A DNA stretch of 63,114 bases. It comes from an uncultured Gammaproteobacteria bacterium (GTDB lineage Bacteria > Patescibacteriota > Microgenomatia > UBA10105 > UBA927). The notes under the pieces are model-generated. The model ran no database searches. It was not told where the DNA came from and was given only the letters and a program-made list of their open reading frames with translations. The stretch lies in the NCBI GenBank assembly GCA_964596355.1, contig CAZQTD010000005.1, positions 1-63,114 of the forward strand, in the 5' to 3' direction. A program made the translations under genes and the position numbers. Shown piece by piece: positions 10,496 through 20,035 of the stretch; positions within the stretch are counted from its first letter, which is position 1, and the number at the start of each line of letters is the position of its first letter.

Positions 10496-12529
10496 ATGAC
10501 TGCCCGATCGTTACTGCCAGCTGTATTTGGTCGATTGTTTCGGCATGAAAAAATAGCAGAAGACGGCATCATCGCGTTTCTCCAAGAGCAGATTGTGAGA
10601 AAAGACGCAGTGCGCGAAGCATTGCGGCAGATTGCAAAAGCACAGCGATTGGAGCCAACCGAGCGAATTTTTGCATACATTCCGCTGTACGCTTCGCTGG
10701 AGCAGTTTATTTGCGCCAATAAACTGCCGGTGGTGAACCGCGAGTTTACGAAGGACGAGCTTCGCCGTGCTGTCTGTGCGGCTGTGCCGGTAACTACCAT
10801 GAGCGTCTATTTTCAGGTCCTGTTTCGGGACTCTGTGCAAAAAGCGCTCATCCTCTTTTGGATTATTTCACACGCGTTGCGAGAAACCTACAGCAAGCTT
10901 TTGGGGAGTGATCGCCTCGCAGACATGTTTCGACGGACAACCGATGGAACGCCGCTTGATGGCGTATTTGCCGGCATGACGCTTCACAGCGATGCGGTAT
11001 CCGCGCAGCAAGACGTCGAGGCAATTTTGCCTGTCCTTCAGAAGCTCATCACAATGATGTATGAGGAGATTCGCGGCGGGTTCGGCAATCAGCTCGCTGA
11101 TTCACTGATTGCTTCTTCTGTTGCCCGGATTCGGAATCTGTATGACTATGACACGCAACTTCTTTGTTTTGACATTGTTCCCGAAGCGTATCTTCAGAAA
11201 GAGCGCATATCCATGCTGTCGCGCAAAGACCTTGAGGAGAAAATTGCCTTGGCGACGCAGAAAGAGCGTGATCATGCCGAAAAGCAGGCTCGTCTGGCGA
11301 AAGAACTTCACGATCAGCTCGTTTTGATGGATTAGAAGAATAAACAACTCGTCGAAACACAGCAGGCTATGGTGAATCTTTTGGAAGACGCGCGCGCTCT
11401 GGAAGAAGCGCTGAAGAAAGAAAAAGAAAGTGTCGAGCGTAAAGTTATCGAACGGACGCGCCAGCTCCATGATCAGCAAGCGAGGCTTCTGGCTTCCATA
11501 AACGCGCTCGCGTGGGGGTATGTGATGACCGATACGACCGGAAGAGTGCTTTTGACCAACAACCGCGTTGATCGCATGTTTGGTCCGATTGAAGGCGCGT
11601 GGACGCTTGACGTGTTGCAAGAAAAGGTAGGGAAAAGCATAAGTGTTACCGATACCTTCCACCGGTGTTTAGAAAAGAAGGAGAGCATTGACAATTCCGA
11701 TGTTCCGATAGGGAATCGGTTTTTTCGGGTGATGTTCGTTCCGGTTTTCACTGAAGGGGGAAAGCGGGAAATTATTGGAGAGCTTGTATTGTTTGAAGAC
11801 ATAACCGAGTGGAAAATCCTGGAACGATCGCGGGAAGAATTTTTTTCTATTGCAAGCCATGAACTGCGCACCCCTCTTACGGCAATACGAGGAAATACAT
11901 CGATGATTTTGGAATTTTTTCAAGATGAGCTGAAAAACCAAGAACTTAAAGAGATGGTTGATGATATTCATGATTCGAGCATCCGGCTTATCAAAATAGT
12001 GAACGACTTTTTGGACATGAGCCGGCTTGAGCAGGGGAAAATTGAGTTTAAAAAGGAACCCCTTGATATTACTGCACTAATCCGCGATGTTCTCAAGGAA
12101 TATCAAGCAACAGGATCGCAACGCAAGCTCGCGTTGACCTTTGAAGAACCCAACGAGCCCATCCTTCCGGTGATTGCGGACAAAGATCGCCTCAAGCAGG
12201 TACTTATCAATCTCATCGGAAATGCCTTGAAGTTCACCGAGCAGGGCGGCGTGAGGGTTCGCACGTATATGCATAACGGGTTTGTGCGGATTATCGTTGA
12301 AGATACGGGTAAAGGAATTCCGTATGAAAATCAGGTGCTTCTGTTTCGCAAATTCCAGCAAGCAGGTGACAGCATCTACGCACGTGACACCACGCAAGGC
12401 ACCGGACTGGGCCTCTATATTTCTCGGCTTCTTGTGGAAGGCATGGGGGGGACGATTGGTTTAGAGTATTCACGACCAGGCAAAGGATCTGCGTTTGCCT
12501 TTTCGCTACCTCTTGCAAACAGACAGTAA
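10496..12529 (+). pseudogene. PAS-HisKA-HATPase histidine kinase with uncharacterised N-terminal domain, interrupted by in-frame TAG at 11333-11335
   Basis: ORFs 10496-11335 and 11369-12529 share a frame: ...QLVLMD*KNKQLVETQQAMVNLLED...; H-box SHELRTPL, N-box NLIGNALKFT, G1 DTGKGI, G2 GTGLGL. Confidence 0.85.
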
Positions 12530-12559
12530 TGATTCTATTATGAAGGAGAGGAGCTTGGT

Positions 12560-12958
12560 ATGGCTAAATTGATTTTGGTCATCGAAGACGATCCGTTGAT
12601 GGCGCGGATGTACCAGAAGATCTTTAAATTTGAAAAATACGATGTGGCGCTTGCCGGTAACGGCGAAGAGGGCTTGGAAAAGGCACGGAAATGTAATCCT
12701 AGTCTCATTCTCCTGGACATCATGATGCCTAAAATGAACGGGTTGCAGGTATTGGAGAAGCTCAAAGACGATCTTGATACAAAGAAAATTCCCGTCGTCA
12801 TGCTGACGAACCTCGCCGGCGAAAAAGATGCGGAAAAAGCGCTCATCAAAGGCGCGGTCAAATATATCGTCAAAAGCCAACACGAGCCCAAAGAAGTCGT
12901 CAAAATCGTCAAAGAAATCATCGCCGCTCACTCAAGAGATGATGTGCCGGAGAGCTAG
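12560..12958 (+). CDS. Single-domain response regulator (CheY-like receiver)
   Basis: IEDD, LILLDIMMPKMNG, MLTN, KYIVK receiver motifs. Confidence 0.92.
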   Translation: MAKLILVIEDDPLMARMYQKIFKFEKYDVALAGNGEEGLEKARKCNPSLILLDIMMPKMNGLQVLEKLKDDLDTKKIPVVMLTNLAGEKDAEKALIKGAVKYIVKSQHEPKEVVKIVKEIIAAHSRDDVPES

Positions 12959-12964
12959 GAGAAT

Positions 12965-13036
12965 TTCTAATTTCTAATTGACCTAAATAAGCACCAATGA
13001 CTAAATTGGGACATTGGGATTTTTTAGAAATTAGAA
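12965..13036. repeat. Heptamer repeat footprint with perfect 13-bp inverted repeat TTCTAATTTCTAA / TTAGAAATTAGAA
   Basis: 12965-12977 is the reverse complement of 13024-13036; inner CCAATG/CATTGG also pair. Confidence 0.8.
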
Positions 13037-13060
13037 CGTAGGTCAGTGAGGGTAATTGTT

Positions 13061-13738
13061 GTGAAGCCTGCCGCAAAGAAAAAATCAAAAGTCGCCAAGA
13101 AACCGGTAGAACAACCGGCGCCGGCTGTTGAAACGCCCCAGACAGAAACACATACACACGCGGAAGCCTCTGTTCATGTAGAACCTCCTCAATCTGAAGC
13201 TCCCCAAGAAAACGCGCCCAATTCCAAAGAAGAAGAGAATCTGGAGGCAGCGCTGGAGGAGGCGCCGGCGGAAGAAGCGCCAATTGCCAAAACGAACAAA
13301 CTGCTTTTCACTGTCGGTACGATCGTTGCCACGGCGCTGGTCACGTCGTCAATCGGAATATTTCTTGTCTATTTATCACATCCCACGCAGGTGACGCGTC
13401 AAGAGACAGCGCCGGTGGAAGAAGTCTCTCCGTCAGCAACCCCTGTTCCGGCGCTTGCGAAATCTGACATAACGCTTGAGGTTCTCAACGGCTCCGGCGT
13501 GAAAGGGAGCGCAGGCAAAGCGGCAAGCAAACTTTTGGATTTGGGATACACCGTGGTTGGGACGGGAAACGCAGACGCGCGCTACGATCGAAGCGAGGTA
13601 TTTGTCGCAGCTGCGTTGGGAGAACAGGGGAGAACCATGCTTCTGGGCGATCTCGCAAAAGAATTTTCCGTTAGCTCCGTCTCCGGCGTCCTCGAAGATT
13701 CAACGGTTTCGGCGCGTCTCATCATCGGGAAAGAGTAA
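13061..13738 (+). CDS. Single-pass membrane protein with acidic/Pro-rich N-terminus and LytR C-terminal domain
   Basis: 'LEVLNGSGVKGSAGKAASKL...GNAD...VSARLIIGKE' LytR_C motif; GTG start inferred. Confidence 0.8.
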   Translation: MKPAAKKKSKVAKKPVEQPAPAVETPQTETHTHAEASVHVEPPQSEAPQENAPNSKEEENLEAALEEAPAEEAPIAKTNKLLFTVGTIVATALVTSSIGIFLVYLSHPTQVTRQETAPVEEVSPSATPVPALAKSDITLEVLNGSGVKGSAGKAASKLLDLGYTVVGTGNADARYDRSEVFVAAALGEQGRTMLLGDLAKEFSVSSVSGVLEDSTVSARLIIGKE

Positions 13739-13812
13739 TTTGGCAGGACAGCGGCAGACGGCGAGAAAGTCCCCATAGCGGACAGCTTGTAACTTCAAAA
13801 AAACTCGGTATA

Positions 13813-14562
13813 ATGGGTGATATGCTGGAAAACCCTCGGACAGAGAAACTTTCCCTTTTTTTCAGAAGATATAGCATTCCATTGGGAATCCTCGCGGTTT
13901 TGGTTGCCGCAGTTCCGTCGGTGTACTTTTTTACCAAATATCAGGCCGCCCAAAAGAGATTGACAAACCCCACGCAGTATGCGCAGGAGGAGGTCAAAGC
14001 GATGGTTGCGGAAGTTGGCAAACTCATGCAGCTTCCCGGGGATGAAGTCCCCACGCTTGCGACGGTCAACGATAAAGAGAAACTTCAAAATCAGCCATTT
14101 TTTACGTTCGCGGAAAACGGCGACAAAGTCCTTATCTACACGACGGCGAAAAAGGCGATTTTGTACCGGCCAAGCACGCATAAAATCATCGACGTTGCGC
14201 CGATAACCATCGGCGGCAGCGCAACGGAGTCGGCAAGCGTCGCCGGAGCGGCTACGTCTGTGAGCCCCACGCCTGCATCTTACACGTTCGTCCTCCTCAA
14301 CGGGAGCGGCGTCGTGGGTATTACCAAACGCTATGAAGCGGTGCTGAAGGAAAAAGTACCCAATGCCGAAGTCATTGATCGCGATAACGCCAAAAAGACA
14401 AATTACGACAAAACGATAGTGATTGACAGCACGGGCAAGCGAGCAAGTGAAGCAAAAGCGATTGCGGAAGCGCTCGGCATTACCGTCTCCAGCCTTCCTG
14501 CCGGCGAAGCCACAGCAAGCGGCGACTTCGTCATCATCATCGGAGATGATAAAGCCAAATAG
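13813..14562 (+). CDS. Single-pass membrane protein with LytR C-terminal domain
   Basis: 'LLNGSGVVGITKRY...DFVIIIGDD' LytR_C; 'LPGDEVPTLATV' segment. Confidence 0.8.
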   Translation: MGDMLENPRTEKLSLFFRRYSIPLGILAVLVAAVPSVYFFTKYQAAQKRLTNPTQYAQEEVKAMVAEVGKLMQLPGDEVPTLATVNDKEKLQNQPFFTFAENGDKVLIYTTAKKAILYRPSTHKIIDVAPITIGGSATESASVAGAATSVSPTPASYTFVLLNGSGVVGITKRYEAVLKEKVPNAEVIDRDNAKKTNYDKTIVIDSTGKRASEAKAIAEALGITVSSLPAGEATASGDFVIIIGDDKAK

Positions 14563-14699
14563 CCGTCATCAGCACATTGGTTTTTCCAGTGAGAACAGGT
14601 ATAATACGACCATACGGATGTGTTTTTACGAGTTTCGCCTTATGAACGTCACGACATCCGAGGATCCTTGAGACACGATTGTTCTTTGAGCCCAAAGCG

Positions 14700-14719
14700 T
14701 AGCTTTGTCGACAAAGCTA
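14700..14719. repeat. Perfect 20-bp palindrome TAGCTTTGTCGACAAAGCTA
   Basis: Self-complementary by direct reading. Confidence 0.85.
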
Positions 14720-14748
14720 AGCTTTTATACACATTCGTTGGTATTAGT

Positions 14749-15069
14749 ATGTCTTTCCACGACGATAAACTTTGGCAGCAGGCGTATGTGGCGGTTTTGG
14801 ACATTTTGGAAGCTACAGACGCGCTTGATCAGGCGGATATTGTTTCGGAGGTACGCAGGTACGCGATGATGGTGCTGACTGTTACGTCTGACGCCGTTTC
14901 CCGCCGAGACAGGAGAGAGCGCGACGCTAAACTCCGAGACGCATACTTTAGGACGGTTGCGCTCCGAAGTCTTCTTTCGGTCCTGTGGGCCAAAGAGATC
15001 TTAAGCGATGATGCGTTCGGCAAACTCGACAGCGCCCTCGAAGGACTTTCCGCCGCATTGCCCGCGTAA
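14749..15069 (+). CDS. Divergent four-helix-bundle protein
   Basis: 'FHDDKLWQQAY' resembles the F.DL.VWQKA N-terminus; ~106 aa, all helical. Confidence 0.55.
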   Translation: MSFHDDKLWQQAYVAVLDILEATDALDQADIVSEVRRYAMMVLTVTSDAVSRRDRRERDAKLRDAYFRTVALRSLLSVLWAKEILSDDAFGKLDSALEGLSAALPA

Positions 15070-15233
15070 ACAGTGTTCAAATTCTCCATCTCCTCCGTTC
15101 TTCTGCCTTAAAGGGCTTTCCGCCACCTGAACAGGGTTGTTTTTTATCGTTTTGCCGCATTTATTCCTCGATTGTTCTTGACAGCGTTGCGCATGCGAAG
15201 AAAACATTCTCCCACATTCCTCCCCCCGCCTCC

Positions 15234-15279
15234 TAATTAATATATTTGACTACCACGTGGTAGTCAAATATATTAATTA
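15234..15279. repeat. Perfect 46-bp palindrome (23-bp arms, no loop)
   Basis: TAATTAATATATTTGACTACCAC|GTGGTAGTCAAATATATTAATTA. Confidence 0.92.
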
Positions 15280-15303
15280 ATCCAGCGGTTTTTTGGTTCC
15301 CTC

Positions 15304-15332
15304 TTGAATGTCGTATATTGACTTGTTAGAGT
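15304..15332 (+). promoter_or_regulatory. Putative sigma70 promoter of rpiB operon (TTGAAT-17-TAGAGT)
   Basis: Hexamers at 15304-15309 and 15327-15332 with 17-nt spacer. Confidence 0.45.
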
Positions 15333-15340
15333 GAGAATAT

Positions 15341-15445
15341 GACTCACGGGGAAACTCCTGCGTGCTTCCGAGATCGGAGCGGGTCCCGCGTCGAGGGATC
15401 CTCGCGTCGCAAGGGCGCGTCTACGGCGCAGGCAGTAGAGAGGTA
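15341..15445 (+). ncRNA. Candidate structured 5' leader RNA upstream of rpiB (unassigned family)
   Basis: GC-rich island with several hairpins and a long-range CCTGCG/CGCAGG helix; I do not recognise a known family. Confidence 0.4.
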
Positions 15446-15450
15446 ATGGT

Positions 15451-15894
15451 ATGACTGTATATATAGGCGCTGATCACCGGGGGTTTCATCTAAAGGAGAA
15501 GCTTAAAGCATGGTTGCTAGAGCAGAAGCATGAAGTATTAGACTGCGGCAATTCATACCACGATCCGGATGATGATTTTCCTGATTTTTCTTTTGCCGTT
15601 TCCGATCGTGTGATCAAGGACCCCGGGAGCCGCGGCATCGTCATTTGCGGCAGCGGCGGCGGTGTGACGATAGCGGCAAATAAAGTGAAAGGCATCCGGT
15701 GCGCTGCTGCGGTACACGTAGCAGACGTCAAGCACAACAGGCAGAGCAACGATATCAACGTTCTTGCGCTTTCTGCCGATCACACCGATGCCGACGAAGC
15801 CAAAGAACTTGTGCGGGCTTTTCTAACCACCGAGTTTGTTGGGGAAGATCGCCACGTGCGCCGGCTCAACAAAATTGCGATGCGGGAGGGATAG
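15451..15894 (+). CDS. rpiB: Ribose-5-phosphate isomerase B
   Basis: IGADHRG, ICGSGGG, ANKVKGIR, RHVRR. Confidence 0.95.
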   Translation: MTVYIGADHRGFHLKEKLKAWLLEQKHEVLDCGNSYHDPDDDFPDFSFAVSDRVIKDPGSRGIVICGSGGGVTIAANKVKGIRCAAAVHVADVKHNRQSNDINVLALSADHTDADEAKELVRAFLTTEFVGEDRHVRRLNKIAMREG

Positions 15895-15971
15895 ATTCCA
15901 TTATTCCATTGCTCCGTTGTCATATTATAGTGCAGTATGCCAAGGAAGCTATGGAGCAATAAGTTGGATAC

Positions 15972-16625
15972 ATGATTGAAGTAATCCCCGGTATATTAGA
16001 AAACGATTGGAATGAAATAGAGCGCAAAATTACGCTGGTTGCTCCATTTGTCGAGTGCGTGCAGATAGACGTGGCAGACAATACGTTGGTTCCCAACACC
16101 ACATTTCTGGATGTTGCCAAATTCGAAGCCTTGATAAATTCCTGCTTAAGCATAAAAAAATCAAAACTCTTGCTCGAGGCGCATTTGATGGTTGCCAATC
16201 CTGAAACGTACATCAAGCCGCTTGCTGACGCCGGCTTTAAGCGGCTGATTGCCCATGTTGAAGCGCATGACCCGCGGCTGTTTTTGGATCAAGCACAGTA
16301 CGAACACGTAGAAGTGGGAATTGCCATCGACGGACCCACGGAATTTGAACACGTGGAGCCGTTTTTAGGAGAAGTAGACTGCGTGCTGGTCATGACGATT
16401 GAGGCAGGCTTTAGCGGCCAGCCGTTTCTGATCGAGACGCTTGAAAAAATCAAAACCATCCGAACCAACATCCCCGATCTTCCCATAGAAGTCGATGGCG
16501 GTATCAATGATCAAACCGCGCGTCTCGTCATTGAGGCAGGAGCCACCAGGCTTGTATCGACAAGCTACCTCTTTAAGGATCCAGAAAGAATCGCTGCAGC
16601 TATCGCCAGGCTTAAGGGAGAATAA
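15972..16625 (+). CDS. rpe: Ribulose-phosphate 3-epimerase
   Basis: QIDVAD, EAHLMV, VMTIEAGFSGQ, EVDGGIN. Confidence 0.93.
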   Translation: MIEVIPGILENDWNEIERKITLVAPFVECVQIDVADNTLVPNTTFLDVAKFEALINSCLSIKKSKLLLEAHLMVANPETYIKPLADAGFKRLIAHVEAHDPRLFLDQAQYEHVEVGIAIDGPTEFEHVEPFLGEVDCVLVMTIEAGFSGQPFLIETLEKIKTIRTNIPDLPIEVDGGINDQTARLVIEAGATRLVSTSYLFKDPERIAAAIARLKGE

Positions 16626-16742
16626 AGACAGTAGTACGCCGATTGGCTATGATGTGATTGTCGGCATTGATATTTTTGATATCCATCGATGTATAAACGG
16701 TGGGGCTGGACGCACGGCATCCAATCGTTTATCATTCATAAT

Positions 16743-18650
16743 ATGAGCGATAGTAAAACGCTTGCGCTTCTTGCCCGCCGCATACGTTACGACATCCTCA
16801 CCATGACCACGCGCGCAGGAAGCGGGCACCCGACCTCCTCGTTATCCGCTGTTGAGCTTATGACCGTTCTGTTTTTTAACTATCTTCGCTACGATGTAAC
16901 CAATCCCACAAATCCCGGCAACGACCGCGTAATTTTTAGCAAAGGCCACGCGTCGCCGCTTTACTACGCGCTCTACGCGGCAGCAGGTGCGCTCACGCAA
17001 AAAGATTTAGAAGGCTACCGCACGTTTGACAGCACGCTCGAAGGCCATCCTACGGCGCGGTTCACATACACAGAAGCTGCTACCGGCTCACTCGGGCAGG
17101 GTCTTTCGATCGGATTGGGGGAAGCATTAGCGCTTCGTCTGCAGAGTGGTAACGCTCCTCCCCGCGTGTTTGTCCTTGCCGGAGACGGCGAGCTTGCAGA
17201 AGGCGCGGTGTGGGAGGCGGTTGCTGCCGCGAGCTTTCGAAAGGTCAACAATCTCTTTCTTCTGTGTGATATTAACCGTCTGGGTCAGTCGGATCCGACA
17301 ATGTACGAGTACGACCTTGGAATGTACAAGAAACGCTTCGAAGCGTTTGGGTGGCGCGCGGTGATTGTTGAGGATGGCAATGATATTGAAGCAATAGATC
17401 GAGCATACATCGATACCTTTAAAGGTCCGACCCTTCAAGGGGGGTTGACAGTAATTCTGGCGAAAACGAAAAAAGGTGCTGGGGTTTCGTTTTTGGAAAA
17501 TGCCGACAGTTGGCATGGGAAGCCGTTGTCAAAAGAAGAACTTACGAAGGCCGTGGCGGAGTTGGGGGACATTGACCTAACGCGTGTTGGAACCGTTCAA
17601 AAACCAGAGAATATTCGCGGGTTATCATTCGCGGGTGATCATACCGACAAAACCTTTTCGCATACGCCGCCAAAAGCGAACTATGACCCAGCGAAACCTG
17701 TCGCAACCCGCAAGGCATTCGGAAATGCGCTCAAGCGTTTGGGGGCGAGTAATCCGCGTCTGATTGTTATCGATGGTGATGTCAAAAATTCTACCTACAC
17801 GGAATATTTTGGCAAGGAATTTCCGGAGCGATTTTTTGAGCTGTTTATCGCGGAGCAAAACATGGCGGGTGTTGCTACCGGACTTTCCGCCCGCGGATTT
17901 CGCCCGGTGGTTTCTTCGTTTGCGTGTTTTTTGACGCGCGCTGCGGACCAATTTCGCATGGCGTCATTTTCCGCAGTCAACATGATTGTCAACGGATCTC
18001 ACGCGGGCGTATCTATCGGCGCAGACGGACCGTCGCAGATGGGACTTGAGGATCTTGCGATATTTCGTGCGATTCATGGGTCGACCGTGCTGTATCCTTC
18101 GGATGCCTATTGCACGGAAGCGCTCGTTGAAGAGGCGCTTAAAGCTGGCGGCATCGTTTACATCAGAACGACGCGCCCCGAAACACCGATCCTCTACGAC
18201 GCAAAAGAGTCGTTTCCCATCGGCGGCAGTAAAGTATTTGAGCAGTATAACAAGACGGCAATGAAACAATGCGTGGCAACCGTCGTCGCAGCGGGAATAA
18301 CACTTCATGAATCTCTTAAAGCGCAAAAGGAACTGGCATCCCAAGGTATGTATGTCCGCGTCATCGATTGTTATTCCATCAAGCCTATAGATCAAAAAAC
18401 ATTGCACGCCGCTGCCAACGATTCCAAGGCTATCATTGTCGTTGAAGACCATTACCCCGAAGGAGGATTGGGAGAAGCTGTCCAATCTGCACTCTTTGCC
18501 AGCAACAGGGCTCGACCCTGTCGAGTGGTGCATCTGGCTGTCACCAAAACGCCCCGAAGCGGCAAGTCGGGCGAGCTTTTAGCATATGAAGGAATTGATG
18601 CGCAAGCGATCATCAAAACAGTCCGTTCACTGATTTCTATCCATGAGTAA
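16743..18650 (+). CDS. tkt: Transketolase
   Basis: GSGHPTSSLS, SKGHA, GSLGQG, GDGELAEG, IAEQNM, EDH. Confidence 0.95.
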   Translation: MSDSKTLALLARRIRYDILTMTTRAGSGHPTSSLSAVELMTVLFFNYLRYDVTNPTNPGNDRVIFSKGHASPLYYALYAAAGALTQKDLEGYRTFDSTLEGHPTARFTYTEAATGSLGQGLSIGLGEALALRLQSGNAPPRVFVLAGDGELAEGAVWEAVAAASFRKVNNLFLLCDINRLGQSDPTMYEYDLGMYKKRFEAFGWRAVIVEDGNDIEAIDRAYIDTFKGPTLQGGLTVILAKTKKGAGVSFLENADSWHGKPLSKEELTKAVAELGDIDLTRVGTVQKPENIRGLSFAGDHTDKTFSHTPPKANYDPAKPVATRKAFGNALKRLGASNPRLIVIDGDVKNSTYTEYFGKEFPERFFELFIAEQNMAGVATGLSARGFRPVVSSFACFLTRAADQFRMASFSAVNMIVNGSHAGVSIGADGPSQMGLEDLAIFRAIHGSTVLYPSDAYCTEALVEEALKAGGIVYIRTTRPETPILYDAKESFPIGGSKVFEQYNKTAMKQCVATVVAAGITLHESLKAQKELASQGMYVRVIDCYSIKPIDQKTLHAAANDSKAIIVVEDHYPEGGLGEAVQSALFASNRARPCRVVHLAVTKTPRSGKSGELLAYEGIDAQAIIKTVRSLISIHE

Positions 18651-19161
18651 AGCGGGATACGAATATCTTATCACCTATCATTATGCAGAAGAGATATTCG
18701 ATCTCACTGCACAGTTTGCCGACCGATTTCTCGCTGGTCGAGAGCACGTGCGAACCCGTGAGCAAATGGTCCAGGCAGCAAGATCTGGTAAGCAAAACAT
18801 CGTTGAAGGGTACATGGAGAAAAGCACAAAAGGTTATATTAAGCTTTTGGATATAGCCCGCGCGTCGTTGGAAGAGCTTTTAGAAGACTATCGGGATTTT
18901 GCCAGAAGAAAGGGAATTGAGCTCAGGGATAAGTGGGATAAGAGAGAGAACGGGGAGAAGGGGAAATACCACATTCTCCTTCTTGACCCTCTTCACCCAC
19001 TTGACCCCTTTATCCCGGTGAATTATCTGGTAAACCTTATACGACGGACAACATATTTGCTTGATCGTCAAATTTCAGCGCTTGAGCATAAATTTGTGAC
19101 GGAAGGCGAATATACAGAAAAACTATTTCAAAAACGGTTATCATATAGGAGGGGTGCATGA
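18643..19161 (+). CDS. Four-helix-bundle protein with suffix domain
   Basis: 'GYEYL...RTREQMVQAARSGKQNIVEG...ARASLEELLEDYRDF...LLDRQI..LE.KF..EG' family pattern; overlaps tkt stop and tal start. Confidence 0.88.
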   Translation: MSKAGYEYLITYHYAEEIFDLTAQFADRFLAGREHVRTREQMVQAARSGKQNIVEGYMEKSTKGYIKLLDIARASLEELLEDYRDFARRKGIELRDKWDKRENGEKGKYHILLLDPLHPLDPFIPVNYLVNLIRRTTYLLDRQISALEHKFVTEGEYTEKLFQKRLSYRRGA

Positions 19162-20033
19162 ATTTTCCATCTCATATCTACATCGATGGCGGGGATCCGG
19201 AGGAAACCAGACAAGCCGACAGCATGCTTAAAAAAGCCGGCTACCACGGCCTGGATGGCCAGACGACCAACCCGACGCTCATCGCAAAGCGATTCGCAAA
19301 CTCAAAATCCAACATTCAAAACTCAAAGCAAGACAAAATTTCAGAAAAAGAAGCATTCTCTTTTTACAAACAAACCGTTCAGGAGATCAGCAGGATCATC
19401 CCCAAAGGCAACATTTCCATTCAGGTCATCGGCGATCCCGCTACGTTGACCGCCAACGAGATGATTTCGCAGGCGCGCGACCGCATCACCTGGATTCCCA
19501 ATGGGATCATCAAGCTTCCGTGCACAAAGGCTGGCCTTGAGGCTGCGGAAGTATTTTGTCAAGAAGGCCCAATAAACATTACGCTCAACTTTACGCAGGA
19601 GCAGGCGGCGGCAGTGTATGCGGCTACCAAGACGCATAGCTACGACGTGTATATTTCTCCCTTCGTCGGCAGGCTTGATGACCGCGGAGAAAACGGCATG
19701 GACGTGGTAGCAAACATTCTTGAGATGTACCAACTGGGCGACGGACACGTGCGTACGATCACTGCAAGCGTGCGGAACATGGGCCACCTGCTGTACGCTC
19801 TGTTTCTCAAAAGCCCGGTTATTACAATCCCTTTTAACGTATTTAAACAGTGGGCCGATGCGGGATTTCCGGTTCCTGATAAAGAGCATATCTACGACCC
19901 GCCGGGTTTAACCGACATCCCGTACCGCGAGCTGACGCTCGATAAAAACTGGACGGAGTATGACCTGCGCCATGACCTCACCGACGCCGGAGTCAAGAGA
20001 TTTTGGGAGGATTGGAAGGGAATTGTAGCGTGA
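19158..20033 (+). CDS. tal: Transaldolase family protein
   Basis: GQTTNPTLI, IIKLP, NITLNF, ISPFVGRLDD, ASVR. Confidence 0.93.
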   Translation: MNFPSHIYIDGGDPEETRQADSMLKKAGYHGLDGQTTNPTLIAKRFANSKSNIQNSKQDKISEKEAFSFYKQTVQEISRIIPKGNISIQVIGDPATLTANEMISQARDRITWIPNGIIKLPCTKAGLEAAEVFCQEGPINITLNFTQEQAAAVYAATKTHSYDVYISPFVGRLDDRGENGMDVVANILEMYQLGDGHVRTITASVRNMGHLLYALFLKSPVITIPFNVFKQWADAGFPVPDKEHIYDPPGLTDIPYRELTLDKNWTEYDLRHDLTDAGVKRFWEDWKGIVA

Positions 20034-20035
20034 GT

